From Pseudolabrys sp. (GTDB taxonomy: Bacteria > Pseudomonadota > Alphaproteobacteria > Rhizobiales > Xanthobacteraceae), in NCBI GenBank assembly GCA_035718885.1, contig DASTGR010000181.1, positions 1-60,309 on the forward strand: a stretch of 60,309 bases of DNA. Direction: 5' to 3'. The notes beneath the pieces were generated by a model that searched no databases, was not told the origin of the DNA, and saw only the letters and a list, made by a program, of their open reading frames with translations. Shown one piece after another: positions 1 through 11,840 of the stretch; the stretch's first letter is position 1; every line of letters starts with the position of its first letter. A program made the position numbers and the translations under genes.

Positions 1-270
1 AATGGCGCCGTAGATCTCCTCGCGCGGAAAATTGACGTGCGGCCGCGCGTCGACCCAGTCGCGCTCCTTCACCAGCGCGTCGGCCATCAGGAGATCGGCG
101 CGGATGATCGCGATGTTGCGGGCGAACGCGACGTCCGCCGGCAAGGCCGGCTCGACGAGCGGCGGCGCGGGCGCTTTCGGCGTTTCGCCCGGCGGCGTCT
201 GCGCCAGCGCCCCGGGCGATGCGAGCGCCAGAACGATGAGGGCGAGGCGGATGACGCTTGCCGCGGTCAT
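1..270 (-). CDS. Secreted hypothetical protein, N-terminal part (runs off the window start)
   Basis: Not in the ORF track; read manually from ATG at 270: MTAASVIRLALIVLALASPGALAQTPPGETPKAPAPPLVEPALPADVAFARNIAIIRADLLMADALVKERDWVDARPHVNFPREEIYGAI. Sec signal ending ALA-Q; 20 bp downstream of mrp on the same strand. Confidence 0.75.
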   Translation of the reverse strand, partial: MTAASVIRLALIVLALASPGALAQTPPGETPKAPAPPLVEPALPADVAFARNIAIIRADLLMADALVKERDWVDARPHVNFPREEIYGAI

Positions 271-290
271 GTCCCGCCCCCCCTCGCCGC

Positions 291-1436
291 TTACGCCTCG
301 ACGACGATCTTCGGCGCGGCACGGCCGCCGCCCTTCATCGCGGCCAGCACCTTGGCGGCGATGTCGCGGTAGATTTTGGCGTGCGGACCGTCCGGCTCGG
401 TCGCCACGACGGGCAGACCCGCGTCGGATTTTTCGCGGATCGTCATGTGCAGCGGCACCTCGCAGAGGAACGGGACGCCGAGCCGCTCCGCCTCATGGCG
501 CGCGCCGCCATGGCCGAAGATGTCCGAGCGCGTGCCGCATTCGGGGCAGAGGAAGTAGCTCATGTTTTCGACGACGCCGAGGACGGGCACATTGACGCGG
601 TTGAACATGGCCACGCCGCGGCGCGCGTCGATCAGCGCCAGGTCCTGCGGCGTCGAGACGATGACGGCGCCCTTGAGCGGCACCTGCTGGGCCATGGTCA
701 ACTGCGCGTCGCCCGTGCCGGGGGGCATATCGACCACCAGCACGTCGAGCTTGCCCCACTCCACCTCGCGCAGCATCTGGGTTATGGCGGACATGACCAT
801 GGGCCCGCGCCAAATCATCGGCGTGTCCTCGTCGATCAGGAAGCCGATAGACATCACGGTGAGGCCGTAGCGCTCGATCGGCTTCAGCCGGTTGCCGCCG
901 ATCGTCTGCGGCTTCTCGCGGATCGCCAGGAGCTTCGGCAGCGAGGGGCCGTAAATGTCGGCGTCCAGCATACCGACTTTGAGGCCCTGGTCGCGCAGGC
1001 CGAGCGCGAGATTGACCGCGGTGGTCGATTTGCCGACGCCGCCCTTACCGGAGGCGACCGCGATGACTGCCTCGACGCCGGGAATCCCCGGCTGGGTCTT
1101 GTCGGCGGGGTGAGCAGGATGGGCATGCGCGTGCGGCGCCGGGCGCTGCGGAGCGGCAGCCGCCGCCGGCCGCGGCGCAGCGCTCCCACCGGTCCGTTCC
1201 GCCGTCAGCGCCACAAGCGCGGAGGCGACCCCCGACACGGCCTTGACGGCGTCCTCGGCGCGCTTTCGCACCGGCTCCCAGGCCTTCACGTCCGCGGCGC
1301 CAACGGAAATCGAGAAGAACACCTTGCCGTCGCTGACGACGATGTCGGAGAGAACGCGCGCCTCGGTCAGGCTGCCGCCGTTCGGGGCAGCAACCTGCCC
1401 CAATGCCGCCAGAACCTGCTCTTTCGTGACCGCCAT
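291..1436 (-). CDS. apbC: Mrp/NBP35 family Fe-S cluster carrier ATPase
   Basis: N-terminal MIP18/DUF59-like domain, VASGKGGVGKST Walker A, DADIYGPS, WRGPM, DMPPGTGD, ENMSYFLCPECG; start ATG 1436 with GAGG upstream. Confidence 0.95.
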   Translation of the reverse strand: MAVTKEQVLAALGQVAAPNGGSLTEARVLSDIVVSDGKVFFSISVGAADVKAWEPVRKRAEDAVKAVSGVASALVALTAERTGGSAAPRPAAAAAPQRPAPHAHAHPAHPADKTQPGIPGVEAVIAVASGKGGVGKSTTAVNLALGLRDQGLKVGMLDADIYGPSLPKLLAIREKPQTIGGNRLKPIERYGLTVMSIGFLIDEDTPMIWRGPMVMSAITQMLREVEWGKLDVLVVDMPPGTGDAQLTMAQQVPLKGAVIVSTPQDLALIDARRGVAMFNRVNVPVLGVVENMSYFLCPECGTRSDIFGHGGARHEAERLGVPFLCEVPLHMTIREKSDAGLPVVATEPDGPHAKIYRDIAAKVLAAMKGGGRAAPKIVVEA

Positions 1437-1567
1437 CGCGACGTACCTCGTTCCATTCGGCCGCCACCATAGGCATGCCCGCAGGGGCGTCAATGCGGGC
1501 TTGAGCGCCGCGCGAGGCGGTGCCAGTTTGCGCCTCCGATACCCCTCCCGCCCGAAGAAGTAGCCGA

Positions 1568-2284
1568 ATGACGCACGACGACATCAAGGAACAACTCATC
1601 TGGGCCGGCAAAGTGCTGGTCGCCGAAGGTCAGGACGATTTCACCCGCGGCCATATCTCGTTCCGGTTGCCCGACGAGCACTTCCTGTTCTTCATGAAGC
1701 CGCACAGCGTCGGCCTCGACGAGATTACACCCGACAACATCCTCACGATCGATCTCGATGGCCATGTCGTTGCAGGCACGGCGCGCCGGCACAGCGAAGT
1801 TTACATCCATTCGGAAGTTTACAAGCAGCGCGCCGACGTCAATTGTGTCCTGCACACGCACCCGCCCTATGCCGTCGCTCTGTCAGCCACGGGCAGGCCG
1901 ATGCGCGCTTACAGCCAGCCCGGCGCCCTCTTCCATGAGGCGCTCGGCCTCTATACCGACACGATCAATCTCATCCGCACCACGGAGATGGGTGCCGGCG
2001 TCGCGCGCGCGCTGGGACCGCACCGCGCGGTCTTGCTGAAGAACCACGGCGCGGTGGTTGTCGGCGCGACGGTCGCAGAGACCGTCATCGGCGCGATCAT
2101 GCTCGAGAACGCGGCAATGGTGCAGCTCGTGGCGGAGGCTGCCGGAGAACCTGCCCCCGAATTTCCGCGTGGCGACATCGACAAGCTGAAAAACGACATT
2201 GGCCGGCCGGAACAATTCGCCATCAACTTCGAATATCTGGTACGACGTGTGAAACGCCGGGAAGGCGTGGGCGACAAGAAATAG
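1568..2284 (+). CDS. Class II aldolase/adducin family protein
   Basis: GHISFR, SEVYIHSEVY, HTH and LKNHG Zn-binding motifs. Confidence 0.9.
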   Translation: MTHDDIKEQLIWAGKVLVAEGQDDFTRGHISFRLPDEHFLFFMKPHSVGLDEITPDNILTIDLDGHVVAGTARRHSEVYIHSEVYKQRADVNCVLHTHPPYAVALSATGRPMRAYSQPGALFHEALGLYTDTINLIRTTEMGAGVARALGPHRAVLLKNHGAVVVGATVAETVIGAIMLENAAMVQLVAEAAGEPAPEFPRGDIDKLKNDIGRPEQFAINFEYLVRRVKRREGVGDKK

Positions 2285-2296
2285 GGAGGATACGGG

Positions 2297-3268
2297 ATGA
2301 GGACATTATCTCTCTGCGCGATGGCGCTGGCGGCCATTCTGGGCGCCGCGCTGCCCGCTGCGGCCGAGGATGCCTATCCGAACCGGGCGATCAAGATTTT
2401 GGTGCCGATCCCGCCGGGCGGCGCGCCGGACGTCGTGGCGCGGCTCGTCGGCAATTACCTGTCACAGGCGGTCGGACAGCCGGTGGTGATCGAGAATCGC
2501 ACGGGCGCGAACGGCAACATTGCCGGCGAAGCAGCCGCGAAGTCGCCGCCGGACGGCTACACGCTCATTCTCGCGGCCGACAGCGGCATCGTCATCAATC
2601 CGCACGTCTACGCGAAGATGAGCTTCGACCCGATGAAGGATCTTGTGCCGATCACCTCGGTCGCAACCAATCAGTTCGTGCTGGCGGTCAACCCGAAGGT
2701 GCCGGTGAAGACGCTGCCGGAATTCATCGAATACGCCAAGAAGGCCAACCCGCCACTTGCCTTCGCCAGCGGCGGCGTCGGCAGCCAGCACTTCTTCGCC
2801 ATGGCGCAACTGAAGCAGCGCGGCGGCTTCAAGGTTCTCGATGTGACGTATCGCGGCGGCTCGCCCGCCATGCAGGCAACCATCGCCGGCGAGACGCAGG
2901 TGCTGTTCGCCGGTGGCGAGAGCGCCGGCCAGTTCAAGGCGGGCACGCTGCGCCCGCTCGCCGTCAGCGGCAAAGCGAGGTCGCAGGCCATGCCGGACGT
3001 GCCGACGATCGGCGAAACCTATCCCGGCTACGCCGTCGACATCTGGCTCGGCCTGTTCGCGCCGGCCGGCACGCCGAAGCCGATCATCGACAAGCTGCGC
3101 ACGATCGTGCAGGCGGAGCTCAAGAAGCCGGAGGTCGCGGCGAAGGTGAACGTTTCCGGCAGCCTCATGCCGCTGATCCTGTCGCCGGAGGAGTTCGCCG
3201 CGCGTATCAAGAGCGACGACGAGAAGTTCGGCAAGCTCGCCAAAGAGCTCAACGTCCATATTCAATGA
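2297..3268 (+). CDS. Bug/TctC tripartite tricarboxylate transporter substrate-binding protein
   Basis: Signal peptide, YPNRAIKILVPIPPGGAPD, ENRTGANG, PDGYTL; GGAGGA RBS. Confidence 0.93.
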   Translation: MRTLSLCAMALAAILGAALPAAAEDAYPNRAIKILVPIPPGGAPDVVARLVGNYLSQAVGQPVVIENRTGANGNIAGEAAAKSPPDGYTLILAADSGIVINPHVYAKMSFDPMKDLVPITSVATNQFVLAVNPKVPVKTLPEFIEYAKKANPPLAFASGGVGSQHFFAMAQLKQRGGFKVLDVTYRGGSPAMQATIAGETQVLFAGGESAGQFKAGTLRPLAVSGKARSQAMPDVPTIGETYPGYAVDIWLGLFAPAGTPKPIIDKLRTIVQAELKKPEVAAKVNVSGSLMPLILSPEEFAARIKSDDEKFGKLAKELNVHIQ

Positions 3269-3302
3269 AACTCACCGACACAGCGAATTTCGAAGGAGAA
3301 CG

Positions 3303-4178
3303 ATGATGGCGAAAGTGGCATTTCTCGGCCTGGGCGTGATGGGCTATCCGATGGCCGGGCATTTGAAGAACAAGGGCGGCCACGAGGTCACCGTCTATAA
3401 CCGTACGGCCGCCAAGGCGGAGCAGTGGGTCAAGCAGTACGGCGGCAAGTCCGCCGCGACGCCGAAGGCCGCCTCGCAAGGCCAGGACCTGGTGATGTGC
3501 TGCGTCGGCAACGACAACGACCTGCGCGAGGTTACGCTCGGCAAGGACGGCGCCTTCCAGGCGATGGGCAAAGGCACGATCTTCGTCGATCACACCACCG
3601 CCTCGGCCGAGATCGCGCGCGAATTGTTCGAGGCGGCGAAGAAGAGCGGCTTCGATTTCATCGATGGCCCCGTCTCCGGCGGTCAGGCCGGCGCCGAGAA
3701 CGGCGTGCTGACGGTGATGTGCGGCGGCGACGAGGCGGTGTTCAACAAGGCCAAGCCCGTGATCGACGCCTACGCCCGCGCCTGCAACCTGATGGGCGCG
3801 CCCGGCTCCGGCCAGCTCGCCAAGATGTGCAACCAGATCTGCATCGCCGGACTGGTGCAGGGCCTGTCCGAAGCGATCCACTTCGGCATGAAAGCCGGCC
3901 TCGATATCGAGAAGCTGATCGCCACCATCTCCAAGGGCGCGGCGCAGTCCTGGCAGATGGAGAACCGCTACAAGACCATGGTCGCCGGCAAGTTCGACCA
4001 CGGCTTCGCGGTGGATTGGATGCGCAAGGATCTCAGCATCTGCCTCGGCGAAGCGCGCAAGAACGGCGCGAGCCTGCCGGTCACTGCGCTGGTGGACCAG
4101 TTCTACGCCGAAGTGCAGAAGATGGGCGGTAAGCGCTGGGACACCTCGGCGCTGCTGGCGCGTCTGGAACGGAAATAG
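3303..4178 (+). CDS. NAD(P)-dependent beta-hydroxyacid dehydrogenase (3-hydroxyisobutyrate/tartronate semialdehyde reductase family)
   Basis: FLGLGVMGYPMA, DGPVSGG, catalytic K in AKMCNQ, MRKDL. Confidence 0.92.
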   Translation: MMAKVAFLGLGVMGYPMAGHLKNKGGHEVTVYNRTAAKAEQWVKQYGGKSAATPKAASQGQDLVMCCVGNDNDLREVTLGKDGAFQAMGKGTIFVDHTTASAEIARELFEAAKKSGFDFIDGPVSGGQAGAENGVLTVMCGGDEAVFNKAKPVIDAYARACNLMGAPGSGQLAKMCNQICIAGLVQGLSEAIHFGMKAGLDIEKLIATISKGAAQSWQMENRYKTMVAGKFDHGFAVDWMRKDLSICLGEARKNGASLPVTALVDQFYAEVQKMGGKRWDTSALLARLERK

Positions 4179-4196
4179 GCCGGCTCCCGCAGCCCT

Positions 4197-4388
4197 ATGG
4201 GCGCCGTGGTCTATAGCACCCTCGCACTGGCGGAGATCGGCGTATTGCTGGTCTCCGCCGCGGCAGCCATGTTCCTCGTGGTGCGTGGCATCATCCGCGC
4301 CTTCCGCAAGCCGCCGCCGGAGCGGCAGCCGCCGAAAGCGGAAGACCTGCGCCACCTCAAGCGCGCCGGGCAATCCGGCCCGTACTGA
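4197..4388 (+). CDS. Small hypothetical single-pass membrane protein
   Basis: 63 aa ORF filling the gap between convergent genes; hydrophobic stretch then basic tail; no clear RBS. Confidence 0.35.
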   Translation: MGAVVYSTLALAEIGVLLVSAAAAMFLVVRGIIRAFRKPPPERQPPKAEDLRHLKRAGQSGPY

Positions 4389-4394
4389 TCTTCA

Positions 4395-5138
4395 TCAAAA
4401 TTCGAGCGACAACCCGTCTTCGGCGAGCAGCACGCCCCCTGCCCGCACCTCGTCGAGCCTCGCCAGCATGGTCGGGTTCATGTGCGTGAGCATGGTGCGG
4501 CGTGCGGCGAGATCGGGTAGCCGCGGCTTGAGGATTTCCCAGCTTAAATGGCCGGTCAGCCTGCCGGCAAACCCGTAGCATTCGCAGATGAAGAGATCCG
4601 CGCCGCGCGCGATCGGCAGAAGCGCGTCGGTCCATTCGGTGTCGCCGGAATAGGCGAAAGTCTTCTCGCCGTCCGACAGGCGCAGCGCCGTCGATGGCGC
4701 GCCGGACTGATGGATGACCTCGGCCGTGGTGATCGGGTGACCGAGCACGGTGCCGGGCACGCCGGGCGCGATCTCCTGCACCTCCCAGGCGAACTTCCAC
4801 TTCGTACCGGTCGATTTCGGAAAGAACGCCTCCATCAATGCATCGATCCGCGCTCTTGCGCCGGTGGGGCCCGCGATCAGGAGCGGCCGCTCGCGGCGCG
4901 CGAGGAATTGATAGTCGAGCAGCAATAGCGGCAGGCCGCCGAAATGGTCGCCGTGCAGATGCGAGAGCACGACGCCGTCGATCGCGTTCGGATCGCGGCC
5001 CGCTTTCTTCAGTGCGACCAACGACGAGGCGCCGAAATCGACGACGAGCGTCGCCTTCGCGGTCTCCAGCCAGAAGCACGTGTTCATGCGCCCGCCGGAA
5101 CCGAAGGCGTCGCCACAGCCGACGATGGTGAGTTTCAT
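4395..5138 (-). CDS. MBL-fold metallo-hydrolase (RNase Z/BN-like)
   Basis: GCGDAFGSGG, SHLHGDHFGG, YSGDT, LTHM; start ATG 5138. Confidence 0.9.
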   Translation of the reverse strand: MKLTIVGCGDAFGSGGRMNTCFWLETAKATLVVDFGASSLVALKKAGRDPNAIDGVVLSHLHGDHFGGLPLLLLDYQFLARRERPLLIAGPTGARARIDALMEAFFPKSTGTKWKFAWEVQEIAPGVPGTVLGHPITTAEVIHQSGAPSTALRLSDGEKTFAYSGDTEWTDALLPIARGADLFICECYGFAGRLTGHLSWEILKPRLPDLAARRTMLTHMNPTMLARLDEVRAGGVLLAEDGLSLEF

Positions 5139-5145
5139 GGCGCGC

Positions 5146-5757
5146 TCAAGCCTTCGCGCTCGGCCGCGCCGCGACCGCGGCATGCCAGCGCCGCACGTTG
5201 GAGACGTCGTCCGGCAGCGGGATACGCGTCGGCTTCATGAAATCGATCGCGCACATAGCGGTGATGTCGGCGACCGTGAAATGCTCGCCGGCGACGAATT
5301 CGCGCCTGGCGAGTTCGCCATCGAGGATGCGCAGGAAGTCGATGACGCGCGGGCGGTTCGCCTCGGCCCAGGCCGGCACCTGCGGCACCTCCAGCTCCTT
5401 CATCGCAGGATGCGTGTGGCGGAAGACATGCGCGACCGTGAACAGAAGGTTGAGTTCGCAGCGCCTGTTCCACATCTCGACCACGGCTATTTCCTTCGGT
5501 CCCGTGCCGAACAGGGCCGGCTGCGGCCGGAGCGCCTCGAAATAGCGGCAGATGGCGATCGACTCGGAAATGACCGTGCCGTCGTCGAGTTCCAGCGCCG
5601 GCATGCGCTGGAGCGGGTTGATGGCGGTGTATTCCGGCGTCAGGTGCGCCTTGGCCATCATGTCGACCTGCTCGGTCGGCACCTCGATGCCCTTCTCGGC
5701 CAGAAAAATGCGCACCCGGCGCGGATTGGGCGCCATTTTGCTGTCGTAGAGCTTCAT
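5146..5757 (-). CDS. Glutathione S-transferase
   Basis: APNPRRVRIFLAEKG, NPLQRMPAL, SESIAICRY, FTVADI. Confidence 0.93.
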   Translation of the reverse strand: MKLYDSKMAPNPRRVRIFLAEKGIEVPTEQVDMMAKAHLTPEYTAINPLQRMPALELDDGTVISESIAICRYFEALRPQPALFGTGPKEIAVVEMWNRRCELNLLFTVAHVFRHTHPAMKELEVPQVPAWAEANRPRVIDFLRILDGELARREFVAGEHFTVADITAMCAIDFMKPTRIPLPDDVSNVRRWHAAVAARPSAKA

Positions 5758-5823
5758 TGCCTGTCCCTGACCGGTTCCGGATCACTTGAAACGACCATGG
5801 CACCAGCCCTCATGTCAAAGGCC

Positions 5824-5875
5824 GGTTAAGCTTCGTTAACCAGAGACTTTAGCCGCCTCTTAAGCTTGGTCTTAA
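5824..5875. promoter_or_regulatory. TTAA-rich region with a GGTTAA-N6-TTAACC palindrome; possible CtrA half-sites
   Basis: TTAA at 5826, 5836, 5860 and 5872 upstream of the kinase; spacings N6 and N8 rather than the canonical N7. Confidence 0.35.
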
Positions 5876-5926
5876 GGATTATGAGCGAGTTTGGACCTCC
5901 GTTCCCGTAGCGTCAGCGTCCTGACA

Positions 5927-7519
<1,593 letters not shown>

Positions 7520-7606
7520 GAAGAGCGCGCGTGTTGCGACAATCGCGCGATTGCCTTCCGGTCCGGGCGGATTATGGTGGCCCCGGATTCGGCTGCGAAC
7601 GTCCTG

Positions 7607-7786
7607 ATGGAAACTCCCTGCATCAATATCTGCACGCTCGACCGCGCCTCCGGCCTGTGCCTGGGTTGCGGTCGAACCATCGACGAGATCGCGCGCTGGA
7701 GCGTAATGAGCGAGGCGGAGCGCCGGCGCGTCATGGCCGAGCTTCCTGCACGCAACGCCAGTCGACCCGCAACGGTCGCGGAGTAG
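7607..7786 (+). CDS. DUF1289 family Cys-rich protein
   Basis: TPCINIC...[14 protein letters not shown] signature. Confidence 0.88.
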   Translation: METPCINICTLDRASGLCLGCGRTIDEIARWSVMSEAERRRVMAELPARNASRPATVAE

Positions 7787-7790
7787 CCGC

Positions 7791-8492
7791 GTGAGCCGCC
7801 GCCTGACCTGGTCGCTCATCCTCGGCGTCGCGCTGTCGCTGTCGGCGATGCTCGCCACGAGCGATCAAGACGCCATCACCAGTCTCCTGCGTCACGACTT
7901 CGGCGCGCTGACCTTGAAGACCGCGCTCATCGTCTGCGCGGGAGGCCTGCTGCTGGTGCTGTTCAAGGAGCGGCTGTCGAAAGTGTTCGAGGCGGCGCTG
8001 TTCTGGACAGTGGTCGGCCTGCTGCTGGTTGTCGCCTACACCTACCGCTACGAATTGGGCGACGTCGGCGACCGCGTGATCGCGCAATTGATGCCGGGCC
8101 ACGTCGCGGGGCACGGCCGCAATGCGGAGGTGGTGCGCGGCACACGTGGCGACTTTGCCGTGGCCGCTCATATCAATGGCGCAAAGGTTCCGATGGTCGT
8201 CGATACCGGCGCGACCTCGGTCGTGCTGACCCAGGAGGCGGCGCGCGCGGCCGGCCTGCCGATCGAGGTGCTCGACTACAGTGTCAACGTCGACACGGCC
8301 AACGGCCGCACCCGCGCCGCGCCAGTGACGCTCGCCCGCCTCGCCGTCGGCAACCTGACGGAACACGACGTCCCGGCGCTCGTCGTGCAGCGCGGGCAAC
8401 TGCACAACAACCTGCTTGGCATGAGCTTCCTCAACCGGCTGGAAAGCTGGGAAGTTCGCGGCGACAAGCTGCGCATGCGCGGCACCCCGTAA
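7791..8492 (+). CDS. TIGR02281 clan AA aspartic protease
   Basis: N-terminal TM segments, VDTGAT catalytic motif, TANG, LLGMSFL. Confidence 0.92.
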   Translation: MSRRLTWSLILGVALSLSAMLATSDQDAITSLLRHDFGALTLKTALIVCAGGLLLVLFKERLSKVFEAALFWTVVGLLLVVAYTYRYELGDVGDRVIAQLMPGHVAGHGRNAEVVRGTRGDFAVAAHINGAKVPMVVDTGATSVVLTQEAARAAGLPIEVLDYSVNVDTANGRTRAAPVTLARLAVGNLTEHDVPALVVQRGQLHNNLLGMSFLNRLESWEVRGDKLRMRGTP

Positions 8493-8518
8493 CGGCCCCG
8501 GGGCGTACCGGCGAGCCG

Positions 8519-9349
8519 CTATATCAGCGTCGCCAGGAAGCGCAGCGACACCACCATCAGGAACAGGCCGAAGCCGATCTCGAGCTTGCGGCGCGGCAAC
8601 CAGTGGGCCAGCCGCACGCCATACGCGGTCGTATAGCTCGAGACCGGTGCCATCAGCACAAAGCCGATCACCGAGACGAAGCCAAGGGACAGCGGCGGCA
8701 GTTCGTGGATATGCGGCCAGCCGGCGACCGCGTAGCCGACCGCACCGACGATGGTGATGGGAACGCCAATACCCGCCGACGTCGCGACCGCGCGCTGCAT
8801 CGGCTGGCCGTACATCGTCAGCACCGCGTTCGACACGGCGCCGCCGCTGACGCCGACCAGCGACGAGAACAGCCCGGTGATCAGCCCATAGACCGCCATC
8901 AAGGGGCGGCCGGGCAGTTCACTGCCGACGTTCCAGCGATCGCCGGCGAACAGCATCTTCGTGCTGATGAAGGCGGTGAAGACGACGAACGCGATCTTGA
9001 ACACCGCGCCGGGGGCGAATGAGGCCGTCACGGAGCCGATCAGAACGCCGATGATCGCCGGCACGGTCCATACCCGGACCACCTGTGGAATGACCGCGCC
9101 TCGCTTCTTGTGTCCAAGGTAGGAGCGCACGGTCGTCGGCACGATGATGGCGAGCGACGTACCGATGCACAATTGCATGCGCAAGGCGTCCGGCACGTGG
9201 ATGACGCCGAAGACCTCATACAGGACGGGGACAATGACGCCGCCGCCGCCGATGCCGAACAGGCCTGCCAAAATGCCGGTCACGACCCCGCCGATCAGGA
9301 TCAACAGGACGAGCCAGGCGATCTCGCCGAGTGGGTATCCCAGCAGCAT
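8519..9349 (-). CDS. TauE/SafE family (TSUP) membrane transporter
   Basis: GLFGIGGGGVIVP, GTSLA, repeated GVSGG half, multiple TM helices. Confidence 0.9.
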   Translation of the reverse strand: MLLGYPLGEIAWLVLLILIGGVVTGILAGLFGIGGGGVIVPVLYEVFGVIHVPDALRMQLCIGTSLAIIVPTTVRSYLGHKKRGAVIPQVVRVWTVPAIIGVLIGSVTASFAPGAVFKIAFVVFTAFISTKMLFAGDRWNVGSELPGRPLMAVYGLITGLFSSLVGVSGGAVSNAVLTMYGQPMQRAVATSAGIGVPITIVGAVGYAVAGWPHIHELPPLSLGFVSVIGFVLMAPVSSYTTAYGVRLAHWLPRRKLEIGFGLFLMVVSLRFLATLI

Positions 9350-9376
9350 GATGGTCCGGGGGCGGTATCCGAAAGG

Positions 9377-10438
9377 TCAGGCGGCGATGTGCGCCAAATC
9401 CGCAGGGCTGTCCAGCACCAGCGCCAGCGCATCAGCCATGACGGCGGCTCCGGCGTCCGACTTGACCGCTTCGATCGCCAGATGTCGGCGGAAAGCACGC
9501 GCGCCCGGGACGGCACGGAAGAGCCCGAGGACATGACGCGTAATCGCGGCGAGCCGCACACCCGCGGCCACCTCACGCTCGATGTATGGAATAAGTGCGA
9601 GCGCGGCTTCTTTCGGGGATGTGAAAGGCGCGGGCTCGCCGAACATCAGCGGATCGACCGAGAGCAACCGCCACGGCTCCTGATAGGCGGCGCGGCCCAT
9701 CATCACGCCATCGAGCGCCCCCATCTCCGCCCGCGCCTGCTCGAGGCTGCCAATGCCGCCGTTCAGGATGATCTCGAGGTTCGGATACGCCGCCTTGAGG
9801 CGATGCACCAACGCATAGTCGAGTGGCGGCACTTCGCGGTTCTCTTTCGGCGACAGGCCTTTGAGCCATGCTTTGCGCGCGTGCACGATGAGCGCGTCGG
9901 CGCCGGCGGCTCTCATTCGCTCGGCGAACCCGAACAGCGTCTCGACCGGGTCCTGCTCGTCAATGCCGATGCGGCACTTGACGGTGACGGGGATGGAGAC
10001 GGCCGCTTTCATAGCCGCGACGCCCTCGGCGACGAGTGCGGGCTCGGCCATGAGGCAGGCACCGAAGCGGCCCTCCTGCACCCGATCGGACGGGCAGCCG
10101 CAATTCAGGTTGATCTCGACATAGCCGAACTCGGCGCCAATACGGGCGGCCTCCGCCAAAGCCTTTGGCTCGGAGCCGCCGAGCTGGAGCGCGACCGGCT
10201 GCTCGAACGGATCGAAGCCCATCAGCCGAGCACGTGTCCCGTGCAGCACCGCGCCGGTCGTCAGCATCTCGGTGTAAAGCAATGCGCGCCGCGTCATGAG
10301 ACGATGGAAGAACCGGCAATGCCGGTCGGTCCAGTCCATCATCGGGGCGATGCAGAAGCGTCTTTGCAGCACTTTGGCGGCTAGTCCTTGGGCGTGTGCG
10401 GCGTAAAGACCGGCAAAAGCCGTCCGATCGCCACTCAT
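9377..10438 (-). CDS. dusA: tRNA dihydrouridine(20/20a) synthase (true start may be further downstream)
   Basis: FCIAPMMDWTDRHCR, QLGGS, NLNCGCPSDRVQEGRFGACLM, VHARKAWLKGLSPKENR. Confidence 0.95.
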   Translation of the reverse strand: MSGDRTAFAGLYAAHAQGLAAKVLQRRFCIAPMMDWTDRHCRFFHRLMTRRALLYTEMLTTGAVLHGTRARLMGFDPFEQPVALQLGGSEPKALAEAARIGAEFGYVEINLNCGCPSDRVQEGRFGACLMAEPALVAEGVAAMKAAVSIPVTVKCRIGIDEQDPVETLFGFAERMRAAGADALIVHARKAWLKGLSPKENREVPPLDYALVHRLKAAYPNLEIILNGGIGSLEQARAEMGALDGVMMGRAAYQEPWRLLSVDPLMFGEPAPFTSPKEAALALIPYIEREVAAGVRLAAITRHVLGLFRAVPGARAFRRHLAIEAVKSDAGAAVMADALALVLDSPADLAHIAA

Positions 10439-10719
10439 TTCGGCTTATTACCGCCCATTTCACGGGCGCGCAAACAGATCCTCTCTCGGCGCGACCGTTG
10501 CGCGGAGGCAGATGAGCACCCGCGAGATGCAGGGAACATGACCGCTTCAGGTCAGATACAGAAGTAACGTGCCCATCCGACCGGATCTGCTTTCGGCCCA
10601 AATCCGGAAACCGCAGGCCCATTCGCCGAATTGTACGACGCGGATGAAACGATCTCGCGCATCGATGTTCCTATTCCGACAGTTTCGCCAAGACAGTCTC
10701 TGCTGACCGACTCTGCACC

Positions 10720-11571
10720 CTAGGAAACGACCTCGACATCCCACCTCGGCGCGCGCTCAGGTGGATCGGCGATCCTGACCTGCTGCTTGCGAAGAGCCGA
10801 GAGGCGGCCCATCTCGATGTCGCCGAGCGTGAAGTCGAAGGTGTCGAGGTTCTCGACAATATGACGCTCCTCTAGCGCGCGCGGCACGGCAGCGACTCCC
10901 GGCTGTTGCACGAGCCAGCGCAAGCAGACTTGGGCCGGTGTCTTGTCGTGCGCCCTAGCGATCTCACCGACGACAGGATCGGTCAGCAGCTTGCCCCGCG
11001 CGACCGGGCAATAGGCCGTCAGGATCATGCCGTGACGCTTCAAGGCGGCGAGCATCCGGTCCTGCGGCAGATAAGCATGGTACTCGATCTGGTTGGTGAC
11101 AAGCGGCTCGGTGCAGACGCTCACCGCCTCCTCGAGCATAGCCAGCGTAAAATTCGAGACGCCGATGTGACGGGTCATGTTCTGGCGCTTCGCCTTCGCT
11201 AGCGCGCCCAAGGTTTCCTTGAACGGCACCTTCGGTTGCGGCCAATGCACCAGCAAGAGATCGACGTAGTCTAGGCCGAGCGTCTTCAGGCTGGTCTCGA
11301 CCGAGCGCATGAAATCGGCCTCGTGCGCATTCTCTTCGGTGACTTTGGTGGTAACGAAAAGCTCGCCACGCGCGATCCTGCTGGCGCGAATACCTTCACC
11401 GACGAATTGTTCGGTGCCGTACTTGCGCGCGGTGTCGATGTGCCGGTAACCGGCCGCAATCGCGGCGGCAACGAGTTCGGCCGGCCGCTGCGGCAATTCC
11501 ATCGTGCCGTAACCAATGACGGGCATCACCGCACCATGCGCTGAAAGCGTAGGCGCGCGCAGTTTTTCCAT
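10720..11571 (-). CDS. Aldo/keto reductase (2,5-diketo-D-gluconate reductase-like)
   Basis: HIDTARKY, TTKV, LVHWP, IGVSNF, NQIEYH catalytic tetrad and cofactor motifs. Confidence 0.92.
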   Translation of the reverse strand: MEKLRAPTLSAHGAVMPVIGYGTMELPQRPAELVAAAIAAGYRHIDTARKYGTEQFVGEGIRASRIARGELFVTTKVTEENAHEADFMRSVETSLKTLGLDYVDLLLVHWPQPKVPFKETLGALAKAKRQNMTRHIGVSNFTLAMLEEAVSVCTEPLVTNQIEYHAYLPQDRMLAALKRHGMILTAYCPVARGKLLTDPVVGEIARAHDKTPAQVCLRWLVQQPGVAAVPRALEERHIVENLDTFDFTLGDIEMGRLSALRKQQVRIADPPERAPRWDVEVVS

Positions 11572-11840
11572 CGTGAAACCTCTTCAGCAGACCTCGGCAC
11601 AATCGGGAGATGATGACCGAACGGGCGCCCTCTGCAAGAGGAGTGTGCGTGCACGCGGTCCTCGCATCACTGAAATGCCGCAGGCAGCGCGCGTGTTGCG
11701 AACGACGAAGCTTCCACTTATGATCGTTCGCACCACGCCATCAGAGCGTGGACCAAGGGACTGAAAACGCCGAAATGTGATTGGCGACCGGCACCGACGC
11801 AAAAGCGTTCGGTGCATCTGCCAAGCGGGGAGGATTTTCG

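Noticed and set aside
1100-1200. Ala/Pro/His-rich linker in Mrp (PHAHAHPAHP)
   Set aside because: Low-complexity interdomain linkers are usual in this family.
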